From the NCBI GenBank assembly GCA_964401455.1, contig CAYNYI010000003.1:1-60203 (forward strand): a stretch of DNA of 60,203 nt, read 5' to 3'. The notes below the pieces were generated by a model. The model worked only from the letters and a program-made list of their open reading frames with translations. It ran no database searches and was not told the origin of the DNA. Positions 10,025 to 19,801 of this stretch are shown in pieces. The position numbers and the translations under genes were made by a program. The DNA comes from an uncultured Fibrobacterota bacterium. Its GTDB lineage: Bacteria; Fibrobacterota; OXYB2-FULL-49-7; CAYNYI01. Each line of letters opens with the position of its first letter. Positions within the stretch are counted from its first letter, which is position 1.

Positions 10025-12841
10025 ATGAAAAAGATAATTAAAATAATACCGATACTCTTTCTGCTCCTGGCAGGCACCTATTTTATTTCCAAAAAAATAT
10101 TCTATTCATACTTTTGGAAAGCGGGCACAGAGCTGGCTGAATTGGAAAAATCAGGCAGGCTTTCCAGAAACTTCGGGGCAGTCTGGAAGGAGATAAACCG
10201 GCAGAAAAGAATCGATAATATCAACAGCCGTGCCAGATTCTCTGAAGAAAAGGGGCGCATACTATACAGGAAAACACCTGAACCGGAAGAAAAACAGGAA
10301 ACAGCCCTTACGCAAACTGATACTGTAAACTACCCCTCACTTATGGCTGTGGGTGAGCTCAATCAGCTTGGCGAATTCCGAAAAAAAATATCGGTAACCG
10401 ACAGAATAAATAAAACCCTGGCGGAAATAGTAACAACTCATAATTGCGCGGAAATCTCCGAATTTCCCGAAGCACTAAAATCCGCAGTAATACTTTCCGA
10501 AGATAAAAACTTCTATAACAGCAAAACGGGACTGGAATTCAATTCATATATACGCGCAATTCTAAAATGGATATGGAAAAAGGTTCGCTTTAAAAGCGCA
10601 AGGATTGGAGGGGTAAGCACTATACCGCAGCAGGTCTCAAGACTGCTCCTCTCAAAATATGATTCACGCGGCTACCGTTTTGTAGAGCGAAGCCTTAACC
10701 GCAAACTCAGAGAAATGAAGATAGCCTGCGCGCTAAAACAGCTCTATACGGACGATGAAATACTCCAGGTTTATCTGAACCACTGCGTTACTGCTGAGAA
10801 AAGCCTTACCGGTTATAAAGATATTGCTGAGCATCTTTTTGGCAAAAAGCTTGATCAGCTCTCCGATGCCGAGTGCATTTACCTCTCGCGCATAGTGAAA
10901 TGGAACCGAAATATCCCCTCAAAGATTAAAAAGCAAACCACTGTTGACCTTCCGAGAATAGCCGCGGAACTCGGCTGGGACAAAGAAAAACAGAATAAAG
11001 TTCTTGAAGAGATCAAGGATCTTGAATTTAATGAATTTAATGTAATTAAGACAAGCCACCACCACATTATAGATCTGGCAAACGAATACTGGCTTCAAAT
11101 ATGCGGCAAAAACGGGATGAAGAATACTGAATTAAGTGAGATGAATCTTCTTGCTCCGGAATCCCTAATCAGGAGAAAAGGCGATCTCACCATTTCACTT
11201 CATATAGACTCCGATTTGCAGAATGAAATTGAAGAGCTGGTTGACAAACGCGGTTACGGAAACGATACTCTGATAAGGACAGATGTCCGCGCAGGGAGCT
11301 TCGGTGAATTCATAGGTGGAAAAAGACTTCCGCCCGATACCGTAGATCTTATATCAACCGCAAAGAGTGACACCTTTTTCACCGAACCCGGCTCGGTAAT
11401 CAGGACAAAAGTAAATAAGGGTGACACTCTAATAAAAAACATAAGATACAGCAAACGCTCCGGAAAAATACGCAGATCGGTTTTTATCTACAAACGGGGC
11501 ATACTTAAAGTCAACGGCCAGTATTTCGCTTATGCTGTAATAGACGCTGAAACAGGGAGGATACTGGCCTATTACTCAAGAGACAGAATCGGGAGCAGTC
11601 TCAGTTGCCTTAACCGCTATCCTCTGCCAAACGGCAGTTCAACTGCCAAACCTATACTCCACGCATTGGCTATGGATCTTGGCATATACAAACCATCCAC
11701 TCTCATTTGCGACAGCAATGAAGTAGCCTGCCCCGCCCCGTGGCAACGCAGTTTTCTCAAAGATAAAAACGGACATATATACGGTATGCAATATTCTAAT
11801 ACCGGAAACAAGAAGCCTTATAAAGTAGCAAACCATGACAGAAAATTCCAGGGTTGGGATTATCCATACAAACATTTGGCGGAGTCCAATAATATAGTCG
11901 CTGTAGAAACAGTTTATCGTCTCAACGATACGGTATTCAATAATAAATGTGAAATAAATGAGGGGGCGGGCGCTTTATCCGGTTATTTTTATAGACTCGG
12001 GATTCTGGAAAAAATGCGTGAGAAATTCTGTGGCGAAGAAATTACAGGCGTTCGTATATATAAGGAACTGGCAAGAATAAGCGGAGCGGATGCCGACAGT
12101 CTGACCTACAATCACCGTAGATACCCTTTCGGAGACAAACTCTATTCTGTTGCGTTGGGGACTCTCGAACTGACCCTTCTTCAGCAGGCTCACCTGTTTA
12201 ATATCTTCTATGAGGGCCGCCTTATAAACAATCCTGAAGAACACCCGTCACTGTTTATAAAGAACGCCGTTTTTAACGGGGATACCGTGCGTTTCAATGA
12301 CCCGTTGAAATCCGTAAAACCTTTTTCGAACATTCAGAACATAAGACCCGCGCTGCTTGGCATGCATAAAAGGCTTACATCCAACACCTATGATCGCCTC
12401 GGTAAATTTGATATGCCGTTTCCAAAGCATGCTCGGGCTGAAGATATCAAACTTTCAAATTATGCGAAAAGCGGGACTACTGACGATATAATAAGACCAT
12501 ATAACGCGGACAGCAGAAGCGGAGAAAAGACAAATTACGGACTCTGGAACGCTACTATAAGAGTCTATCTTCCTGCCGATTCCGGTAAACCGAGAGATAT
12601 TACCGTAGCCTGCGTAGGAGAATGTAATTTAAAAAACACCGGCCCCCGGGACGGTAAAACACTGCATAAGTTTATAACAAAAGCTTTACTTGAAAAATAC
12701 GGCCGCCCTTCCCCGGATGGCTTTTACACACAGTACGAAAAACATATCAAATTACTTCCGACAGACACTCTCTCATACTGTCCGGAAAAGAAAAAAGAAA
12801 AAACAAAGGGTATAATGGAACTTTTCAGGAATTTTTTCTGA
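10025..12841 (+). CDS. Class A penicillin-binding protein (glycosyltransferase GT51 plus transpeptidase), divergent
   Basis: N-terminal TM anchor. GT51 motifs: SEDKNFYNSKTG, GGVSTIPQQ, RKLREMK...ILQVYLN. Transpeptidase motifs: SSTAKP (SxxK), ESNN (SxN) and KSGTT (KTG). Confidence 0.85.
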   Translation: MKKIIKIIPILFLLLAGTYFISKKIFYSYFWKAGTELAELEKSGRLSRNFGAVWKEINRQKRIDNINSRARFSEEKGRILYRKTPEPEEKQETALTQTDTVNYPSLMAVGELNQLGEFRKKISVTDRINKTLAEIVTTHNCAEISEFPEALKSAVILSEDKNFYNSKTGLEFNSYIRAILKWIWKKVRFKSARIGGVSTIPQQVSRLLLSKYDSRGYRFVERSLNRKLREMKIACALKQLYTDDEILQVYLNHCVTAEKSLTGYKDIAEHLFGKKLDQLSDAECIYLSRIVKWNRNIPSKIKKQTTVDLPRIAAELGWDKEKQNKVLEEIKDLEFNEFNVIKTSHHHIIDLANEYWLQICGKNGMKNTELSEMNLLAPESLIRRKGDLTISLHIDSDLQNEIEELVDKRGYGNDTLIRTDVRAGSFGEFIGGKRLPPDTVDLISTAKSDTFFTEPGSVIRTKVNKGDTLIKNIRYSKRSGKIRRSVFIYKRGILKVNGQYFAYAVIDAETGRILAYYSRDRIGSSLSCLNRYPLPNGSSTAKPILHALAMDLGIYKPSTLICDSNEVACPAPWQRSFLKDKNGHIYGMQYSNTGNKKPYKVANHDRKFQGWDYPYKHLAESNNIVAVETVYRLNDTVFNNKCEINEGAGALSGYFYRLGILEKMREKFCGEEITGVRIYKELARISGADADSLTYNHRRYPFGDKLYSVALGTLELTLLQQAHLFNIFYEGRLINNPEEHPSLFIKNAVFNGDTVRFNDPLKSVKPFSNIQNIRPALLGMHKRLTSNTYDRLGKFDMPFPKHARAEDIKLSNYAKSGTTDDIIRPYNADSRSGEKTNYGLWNATIRVYLPADSGKPRDITVACVGECNLKNTGPRDGKTLHKFITKALLEKYGRPSPDGFYTQYEKHIKLLPTDTLSYCPEKKKEKTKGIMELFRNFF

Positions 12842-13493
12842 CAATCACCTGTATCTGCGCAAGCGCTTTACCCATTGTCTGATCAACGGGAAATCTTAAC
12901 AGCCGGGAAAATACACCCGCGGGAGAGGGTACTCGCGTTTTATTGGCAAAATACTGCAGAGCGCTTGTAAATAGAGCCGCGGGAACAGCGATAAACCTCG
13001 GCCAGAACCCGTGATTTATTAGAACTCTTTTATAATTATTCTCACACACCTTTATGCTGACCATTTCCGCTCCCGGCAGGCGTGAGACCATGTCTATCAG
13101 GTTGTGTGAAACAGGCGACCAACTCTTCTTTTTTGAAATAGTAAACGTCGCTTTATGGTCTTTATTGAACAGACTCGGCCAGTAACCTTGTTCGTAGAGA
13201 TCCTCGTCAGGGACAATAAGGACAAGATGTCCTCCCGGTTGCAAAAGTTCCCACCATGTTGAAAGCGCCGAAACGGGATCTTTCATGTGTTCAAGGCAGT
13301 GAGCGCTGAATACATAATCGAATTTTTCATCTATGTATCTCGTTATTTCGTTTGCATCACCGTCTTCAACGTCGAAGCACCGGGCTGAAGAACATACCGG
13401 GTCCTTGCCGGAACCAATATCAATACCCTTACCTCTAATAAGAGACAGTTCTTCTTCATTGAAAAGTGCGCGTGTTTTGGAAGCCTCATTCAT
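12825..13493 (-). CDS. Class I SAM-dependent methyltransferase
   Basis: Glycine-rich SAM motif IDIGSGKD plus a LQPGGHLVLIVP post-motif. It is convergent with the PBP gene and overlaps it by 17 nt. Confidence 0.8.
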   Translation of the reverse strand: MNEASKTRALFNEEELSLIRGKGIDIGSGKDPVCSSARCFDVEDGDANEITRYIDEKFDYVFSAHCLEHMKDPVSALSTWWELLQPGGHLVLIVPDEDLYEQGYWPSLFNKDHKATFTISKKKSWSPVSHNLIDMVSRLPGAEMVSIKVCENNYKRVLINHGFWPRFIAVPAALFTSALQYFANKTRVPSPAGVFSRLLRFPVDQTMGKALAQIQVIVRKNS

Positions 13494-13576
13494 TGCAGGT
13501 AATATAATAATTTTTTAATTTAAGTAAGAGGCATATTTTTGTATATTATTACCGCATTTTTATAAAACCTCGATCT

Positions 13577-15439
13577 ATGAACAGGATACGGAACAAAATG
13601 AGAAAAAATTTCAGAGAAGCAGTAAAAGAAACCATAATCCTTGGCGACGGAGCCATGGGAACCGAAATATATAAGAAGGGCTTTTTCGTAAACCGTAATT
13701 ACGACCTGCTGAATATAGAGTCTCCCGACACAATTAAAAGTATTCATACGGCTTATATAGAAGCAGGAGCAAACTTTATAGAAACGAACACTTTCGGTGC
13801 AAACAGAAATTATCTGACACGGGCGGGGGCCCCCGATAAAGTTGCGCAGGTAAACAAGGCCGGAGTAAAGATCGCGAGGGAAGCGGCCGGAGAGGACATA
13901 TGGGTAGTAGGCTCAATGGGGCCTTCCGGACTTCTCCCCCCTCCGTTCGGTAAAGAACCGGAAGAAAAGATTTTCGAGATTTTCCGTGAACAATCCAAAG
14001 TCCTCATTGAAGGCGAAATCGACGCTTTGTTTATTGAGACTTTCAGGGATATGAAAGAAGCGGAGATCGCTGTAAGAGCAGTCCGGGATATATCAAAGGA
14101 TATTCCCCTCGCTCTTCTTTACAGTTTCAGCATGATCAGAAACGGGATATACAGCGACATAAATCCCGAGCATTGCGCGAAAGAAGCCGCCGGGCTGCCT
14201 ATAGACATAATCGGTGCGAACTGCTCAGGCCCCAGAGACATTCTTGAAGCCGTCAAAACTTTCCGCGAAGCGACCGATTTTCATGTCGCGGCGATGGCGA
14301 ATGCGGGAATACCTCAGGAAATGGACGGAAGAAAAATGTATATGGCGAACCCCGAATACATGGCCGAATATGCCATGAGGTTCGCCGACAGCGGTGCATC
14401 AATAATTGCCGGCTGCTGCGGCACCGGTCCGGCAACAATCACAAAAATGAAAAGATATCTAAGCAGCCGGATTCCGATAAGAAGAACCTCGCACAAGACT
14501 ATAAAAATAAAAGAAGATGAACCTCTTGATCCGGTACCTCTTTCCGAGAAAAGCAAATTTGCCGCGGATCTGGGAAAAAAGTTTCAGATAAGCGTTGAAC
14601 TCCGGCTTCCCGCCAGCCTTGATCCCTCCCGTGCTTTAGACGGAGCAAAAATGCTTACCGACAACGGCATTGACATAGTAAACATACCTGACGGACCGCG
14701 GGCCATGGCCAGGATGAGTCCGATGTCTCTGGCCGTTCTGCTCAAAGAAAAAGCAAGAGTAGAGTCTATTGTGCATTATTGCTGCCGGGACAGAAACCTT
14801 CTCGGAATGCAGATGGACCTGATCGGCGCGCATATGATAAATATAAACAACTTATTGATAGTAACCGGCGATCCTCCCAAAATGGGTAACGCACCTGACG
14901 CCACCCCGGTTTTTGACGTAGATTCGATAGGCCTTTTAAAAGTAGCCGCCAATCTAAACAGGGGTCTGGACATCGCGGGTAACAGCCTCGGTTCCGCGGC
15001 AAGCCTGGTTCTCGGTACAGGATGTAATCCGGGAGCTGAAGATTTTGAAAAAGAAGCGGAAAGGTTCGGGAAAAAGATAGAAGCAGGCGCGGAATATGTA
15101 TTCTCCCAGCCGGTTTACCGGGACACCTTTCTGAAATCTTTTTTAAAAAGGACATCAGCTTTCCCGAAAATTCCATTTTTTACCGGAATTCTTCCACTGG
15201 CGAGTCTCAGAAACGCGGAGTTTTTGCATAACGAAGTACCCGGCATGAGCATACCGAAAGACATCCTGAACCGCATGGCTTCTCACAAAACCAAAGAGGC
15301 TCAGCACGAAGAAGGAATTAAAATTGCCAGAGAGATGCTTGAATCGGTCATGGATGACAAAAGGGTAAACGGCGCATATATATATCCGCCTTTCGGCAAA
15401 TATGAAGCAGTCCTTAAAATAGTGGAAGGCCTTATCTGA
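13577..15439 (+). CDS. metF: Bifunctional homocysteine S-methyltransferase domain / methylenetetrahydrofolate reductase
   Basis: N-terminal Hcy-binding domain (ILGDGAMGTEIYKKG ... GANCSGP ... IIAGCCGTGP zinc ligands) fused to a C-terminal MTHFR-like TIM barrel (LLIVTGDPPKMG, AEYVFSQPVY). Confidence 0.8.
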   Translation: MNRIRNKMRKNFREAVKETIILGDGAMGTEIYKKGFFVNRNYDLLNIESPDTIKSIHTAYIEAGANFIETNTFGANRNYLTRAGAPDKVAQVNKAGVKIAREAAGEDIWVVGSMGPSGLLPPPFGKEPEEKIFEIFREQSKVLIEGEIDALFIETFRDMKEAEIAVRAVRDISKDIPLALLYSFSMIRNGIYSDINPEHCAKEAAGLPIDIIGANCSGPRDILEAVKTFREATDFHVAAMANAGIPQEMDGRKMYMANPEYMAEYAMRFADSGASIIAGCCGTGPATITKMKRYLSSRIPIRRTSHKTIKIKEDEPLDPVPLSEKSKFAADLGKKFQISVELRLPASLDPSRALDGAKMLTDNGIDIVNIPDGPRAMARMSPMSLAVLLKEKARVESIVHYCCRDRNLLGMQMDLIGAHMININNLLIVTGDPPKMGNAPDATPVFDVDSIGLLKVAANLNRGLDIAGNSLGSAASLVLGTGCNPGAEDFEKEAERFGKKIEAGAEYVFSQPVYRDTFLKSFLKRTSAFPKIPFFTGILPLASLRNAEFLHNEVPGMSIPKDILNRMASHKTKEAQHEEGIKIAREMLESVMDDKRVNGAYIYPPFGKYEAVLKIVEGLI

Positions 15440-15444
15440 GCGGA

Positions 15445-16356
15445 ATGGAAAATCCGCATATGCAAACCGCAACTCCGGGTCAGCAGCCGCTTAACACATT
15501 CGACACTTTATGGATTATATTTTTAGTGGTCCTCTGGGCCGGCAATTCAGTAATCGTAAAAATAGCGGTCGGAGGAATACCTCCATTCTATGCTGCTTTT
15601 TTCCGCTTCGGAGCCGCGCTGCCTTTCATAGCGATATACGCCCTCAGAAATAACAACGACATAAGAGTCAGCTTCAGAGAACTTGCCGGAATATTTATTC
15701 AGTCGCTCATAGTAGTCTCTCAGATATTCTTTTTCAATTACAGCTCAAGATACACAACGGGAGGCAGAATCAGCCTTTTCCTTTTTATGTATCCTCTGCT
15801 CGTGCCTGTCCTCGGTCCCCTATTCATCAAAGAGGAGAGCTTCGACAAAAAAAAGGCGGCCGGTATGCTCATATCCTTCACAGGCATACTGATTGCTCTG
15901 CGGGGGTCGTTTTTTTCAGAAGACGGTGCTTCTACTCTTCGAGGAGATATTGCAGCTATTATAAGCTGCCTCATTCTCGCGGTAAACATCGTAAATAACA
16001 AAAGGCTGGTAAGGACAATAGACAGATGGAAGGTTCTTTTCTGGCAAATATCCTTCTCAGTTTCGTTTTTTATGATTTGCGGGATGATTTTTGAAAGCAT
16101 TACTTTGGCTGCCGTACCGTCAGAATCATGGGCCGCTGTCGCTTATCAGGCTTTCGCGGTTTCTGTAATCTGTTTCATGTCCTGGCAACATTTAATCGCG
16201 ATCCATAACTCATCCGAGGTTACCGTTTTCTTTTTCGCCACACCGCTTTTCGGTATGCTTCTTGGAATGATTATTCTCGGGGAACCCTTTGACCCATATC
16301 TGCTAACAGCAGGAATAACCGTTGGCGCCGGCATATACATGGTAAACAGAAAATGA
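15445..16356 (+). CDS. DMT-superfamily (EamA-like) transporter
   Basis: 303 aa with about 10 hydrophobic helices arranged as two EamA-like halves. Confidence 0.8.
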   Translation: MENPHMQTATPGQQPLNTFDTLWIIFLVVLWAGNSVIVKIAVGGIPPFYAAFFRFGAALPFIAIYALRNNNDIRVSFRELAGIFIQSLIVVSQIFFFNYSSRYTTGGRISLFLFMYPLLVPVLGPLFIKEESFDKKKAAGMLISFTGILIALRGSFFSEDGASTLRGDIAAIISCLILAVNIVNNKRLVRTIDRWKVLFWQISFSVSFFMICGMIFESITLAAVPSESWAAVAYQAFAVSVICFMSWQHLIAIHNSSEVTVFFFATPLFGMLLGMIILGEPFDPYLLTAGITVGAGIYMVNRK

Positions 16357-17063
16357 ACTCTGAAAAACCTCTGATAAAAATTTTCGAGCGAATAGCCCCT
16401 GCTTATGAGCGGACAAACCATATGCTTACTTTTTTTATGGACAAACATTGGCGCAGCCGCGCAGCCGCGCTTTTGTTTACATCCGGAGATCATCCGAGAG
16501 TACATGCCGACCTGTGCAGCGGTACCGGAGAAACAGCGCGGATTATTAAAGCCCGCTTTCGAGAAACCCGTGTTATTTCCGTGGACATATCAGAGCATAT
16601 GCTCAAAACGGAAAAAACCGGCAAGGAAAAGGACGGAATAATGTTATGCAGAGCGGACACTTTTTCTCTGCCTTTCAGGACAGATTCCCTTGATGAGGTC
16701 TCAATAACCTTCGCGCTCAGAAACCTTGAGACCCTGGGTGGATTAGAAAAAGCGTTCAGGGAAATAAGCAGGATTCTCAAACCGGGCGGGCGTCTTATGA
16801 CAGCGGAAACGAGCCAGCCGTCATCTTATATTGTAAGGTCGATTTTCCATTTTTACGCAAAAAAAGCTGTGCCTTTTTTTGGGGGAATTCTTTCCGGATC
16901 CCGAGAAGGATTTAAATATCTCGGGGGAACAATGAAAAATTTCCACGACGAAAAATCTCTCTCCCAAATAATGCAAAGATCAGGATTACAGGTAATAAAA
17001 ACCAGAAAATACTTTTTTGGAGCGATTGCCGTCCACATATGCGGAAAACCTTGCCAGGATTAA
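16353..17063 (+). CDS. ubiE: Demethylmenaquinone/ubiquinone methyltransferase family
   Basis: YERTNHMLTFFMDKHWR (the UbiE N-terminal signature), DLCSGTGE SAM motif and LKPGGRLM. Its start overlaps the upstream gene by 4 nt. Confidence 0.75.
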   Translation: MNSEKPLIKIFERIAPAYERTNHMLTFFMDKHWRSRAAALLFTSGDHPRVHADLCSGTGETARIIKARFRETRVISVDISEHMLKTEKTGKEKDGIMLCRADTFSLPFRTDSLDEVSITFALRNLETLGGLEKAFREISRILKPGGRLMTAETSQPSSYIVRSIFHFYAKKAVPFFGGILSGSREGFKYLGGTMKNFHDEKSLSQIMQRSGLQVIKTRKYFFGAIAVHICGKPCQD

Positions 17064-17099
17064 AACCAATATCCTATATTAAAAGCAGGAGAAAAAGTT

Positions 17100-18263
17100 A
17101 TGAAAAAAATATACCTGGATAATAACGCCACAACGATGTGCGACCCGGAAGCCGCGGCAGAGTCCGCGCAGTTCCTCGGGGAAATATACGGAAATCCCTC
17201 AAGCCTGCACAATTTCGGGATTGAGGCCATGCGTAAGGTCCGTGAATATTACGATACCCTCTACGAAGCTTTTAACGCATCCGATTCCGATGATATTATA
17301 GTCAATTCCTGCGGAACTGAAAGCAACAATACTGTTCTAAAAACAGTTTATGACACTTTCATACGTACCGGAAAACGCAGGAAGATAATTACTACCAATG
17401 TAGAACATCCTGCGATAAACGAGCCGCTCGAATACCTGAAAGAACTCGGAGCCGAACCGGTCTTTCTCCCCGTTGATAAAAACGGTGCAGTAAGCGCCGA
17501 ACAGGCGGCGGAAGCCATTGACACCGATACCGCACTCGTATCGGTGATGTGGGCAAACAATGAAACGGGAGTAATAATGCCGGTAGAGGAAATACTTGAA
17601 ATCTGCCGTTCCAGAGATGTCCTTTTCCACACCGACGCCACACAGGCCGTCGGGAAAATAAAAATGGATTTAACAAAATTCAAACCTGATTATCTGACTT
17701 TTTCGGCGCACAAATTCCATGGCCCTAAAGGCGTTGGAGGACTTTTTATAAAAAACGGGGCTCCGGCCCGTCCGCTTTTATACGGCGGCGAACAAATGCG
17801 CCGACTCCGGGCAGGCACTGTAAATACTTTGGGGATAGCCGGAATGGCCATTGCGGCTAAAAAGGCCGCCGATTCCCTTGAATTCGAACAGACCGAGGTT
17901 CGCCGGATGCGCGACCGCCTAGAAGCCGGACTGCTTGAGATCCCAGACACAGTTCTGAACGGACATCCTGAAAACCGTGTCCCTAATACCGCAAACATAA
18001 GTTTTCTTCATATTGAAGGCGAGGCGATGCTTTGGGACCTTAACGAAAACGGAATAGCCGCCTCAACCGGAAGCGCCTGCTCCTCAGAAGAGCTTGCGCC
18101 TTCCAGCGTACTTTCCAACATGGGGAGCGACCCTGAAAGGACCCACACAGCGTTAAGGTTCTCGCTAAGCCGTTTTAATACAATGGAAGAAATTGAATAC
18201 ACTGTAAATACCGTTAAAAAAATAGTTAACAGACTCAGGACGATATCCGGAAGGAAGGGATAA
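17100..18263 (+). CDS. nifS: Cysteine desulfurase, NifS type
   Basis: PLP-lysine motif SAHKFHGPKGVGGL and active-site loop STGSACSS. Confidence 0.9.
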   Translation: MKKIYLDNNATTMCDPEAAAESAQFLGEIYGNPSSLHNFGIEAMRKVREYYDTLYEAFNASDSDDIIVNSCGTESNNTVLKTVYDTFIRTGKRRKIITTNVEHPAINEPLEYLKELGAEPVFLPVDKNGAVSAEQAAEAIDTDTALVSVMWANNETGVIMPVEEILEICRSRDVLFHTDATQAVGKIKMDLTKFKPDYLTFSAHKFHGPKGVGGLFIKNGAPARPLLYGGEQMRRLRAGTVNTLGIAGMAIAAKKAADSLEFEQTEVRRMRDRLEAGLLEIPDTVLNGHPENRVPNTANISFLHIEGEAMLWDLNENGIAASTGSACSSEELAPSSVLSNMGSDPERTHTALRFSLSRFNTMEEIEYTVNTVKKIVNRLRTISGRKG

Positions 18264-18266
18264 AAA

Positions 18267-19214
18267 ATGGGTAAAAACGATATAGCCGGCTTCAGCCTAT
18301 GGGAATCATATTCTTCGGAAGTAAGGAAAAGGATGAACAATCCGTCTCATCTCGGAAGTTTCACCGATGAGGACGCTACTAAAAGAGGGCTTAAACTTGT
18401 GAGTGTCATGCACGGTGCCGAGACATGCGGTGACGCGGTTGAGCTTTTTCTTCTTGTTAACGATAACGGGGTAGTCCGTGACGCCCGTTTTCTCTCATTC
18501 GGATGCGGTACGGCGATCGCCTCAAGCGATATGATGTGCGAGCTTTGCCTCGGAAAAACAATAGATGAAATTTCGAAAATCACAAATATAGATGTTGAAA
18601 AGGCTCTAAGGGATTCTCCTGATAAACCCGCTGTACCCGGGCAGAAGATGCACTGTTCAGTCATGGCTTATGATGTTCTAAAAAAAGCGGTTGCGGATTA
18701 CAAAGGGGTTGATTATCAGGAACTTATCGACAATGAGATTGTCTGCGAATGCGCCCAGGTCACAAAGCAGACTGTTGTTGACGCTATCCGCAACAATGAC
18801 TTAAAGACAGTGGAGGAAATAACATCCTATACAAAAGCAGGCGGTTATTGCAAATCCTGCATTCGTCCCGGCGGGCATGAAAAGCGGAGCGTATATCTCA
18901 TAGATATCTTGAATCAGACAAGAGCAGACATGGAACGTGAAAAAAAATCGTCCGAGCCGGAAAAGACCTTTTCCGAACTCACTCTTCCCAGAAAGCTGCG
19001 TTACCTGGAAGACATCCTTGATGAATATGTGCGTCCTGTCCTAAAAGCCGATGCCGGGGACCTTGAAATCGCCGACATGGACGGCAACAAAGTGCACATA
19101 GAATATCAGGGTTCCTGCGCTACATGTGCGGCCGGGAAAGTTGGCACAAAAGACTTCATAGAAAAAACATTGAAAGAAAAGGCCGATCCGGAAATTGAGG
19201 TTGTGGTGGACTGA
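18267..19214 (+). CDS. nifU: Fe-S cluster scaffold NifU (three-domain)
   Basis: N-terminal IscU-like domain with three Cys, a central BFD-like 2Fe-2S region (CECAQV ... CKSC) and a C-terminal NifU domain with CATC. Confidence 0.9.
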   Translation: MGKNDIAGFSLWESYSSEVRKRMNNPSHLGSFTDEDATKRGLKLVSVMHGAETCGDAVELFLLVNDNGVVRDARFLSFGCGTAIASSDMMCELCLGKTIDEISKITNIDVEKALRDSPDKPAVPGQKMHCSVMAYDVLKKAVADYKGVDYQELIDNEIVCECAQVTKQTVVDAIRNNDLKTVEEITSYTKAGGYCKSCIRPGGHEKRSVYLIDILNQTRADMEREKKSSEPEKTFSELTLPRKLRYLEDILDEYVRPVLKADAGDLEIADMDGNKVHIEYQGSCATCAAGKVGTKDFIEKTLKEKADPEIEVVVD

Positions 19215-19299
19215 AATCAAATCAGAGCTGAAAATACCGGGAAGTGATATTGAAAACTTTTCCAGAACATTCAACCTGCCACGATAAAACGTTTCTTGA

Positions 19300-19348
19300 C
19301 AGCCCCCCATTTAGCATATTATTCAAGTATATTCTAAATGGGGGGCTG
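19300..19348. repeat. Perfect 15-bp inverted repeat (CAGCCCCCCATTTAG / CTAAATGGGGGGCTG) with a 19-nt AT-rich loop
   Basis: Read directly: arms at 19300-19314 and 19334-19348. It lies 86 nt after the nifU stop and no U-tract follows it. Confidence 0.7.
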
Positions 19349-19538
19349 CACTTATAACTGCGTTTACTGCGGCGGCAGGAAAGAATCAATAAACAACTCT
19401 CTTCATAGTGATCATGAGGACTTCGCGAATTATGACAGTAGTCAGCAGAAAATGTATAGCTGTCTCAAAAAATGTTATAGAGAGGTTGCAGAAAAATTGA
19501 ATATGCGTATTACCCTGAGCGGCGATGTTGTCATATGA
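19338..19538 (+). pseudogene. Possible remnant of a radical SAM gene N-terminus (66 codons)
   Basis: GGCTYNCVYCGG (CX3CX2C) and, about 45 residues later, RITLSGD where radical SAM enzymes carry the GGE motif. A stop follows. The start codon lies inside the right arm of the inverted repeat. Confidence 0.25.
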
Positions 19539-19719
19539 ATAAATTTTTCGGCCGTTATCTTATCTCCGAGGTGCCCGGTAATGCGTTCGGGGTTTTAAAA
19601 GAGTGTGCTTATAAAAAATACACCATGCAGAACTTATTAATTCATAATTAACATATTAATATAAGATCATCCCAAAATCAGGATTCCGACACTCTTTCAA
19701 AAATAAAACAAAAAAAGTA

Positions 19720-19748
19720 TTGAAAAAGACATCGTAACACAGTAAAAT
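19720..19748 (+). promoter_or_regulatory. Candidate strong sigma70-type promoter for the 19802-22187 operon
   Basis: TTGAAA (19720-19725), a 17-nt spacer, then TAAAAT (19743-19748). A GGAG RBS at 19791 precedes the TTG start at 19802. Confidence 0.45.
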
Positions 19749-19801
19749 ATAATGCAGACCACAGTCATATAGACTTTCAAACCATAAAAAGGAGACAATA
19801 C

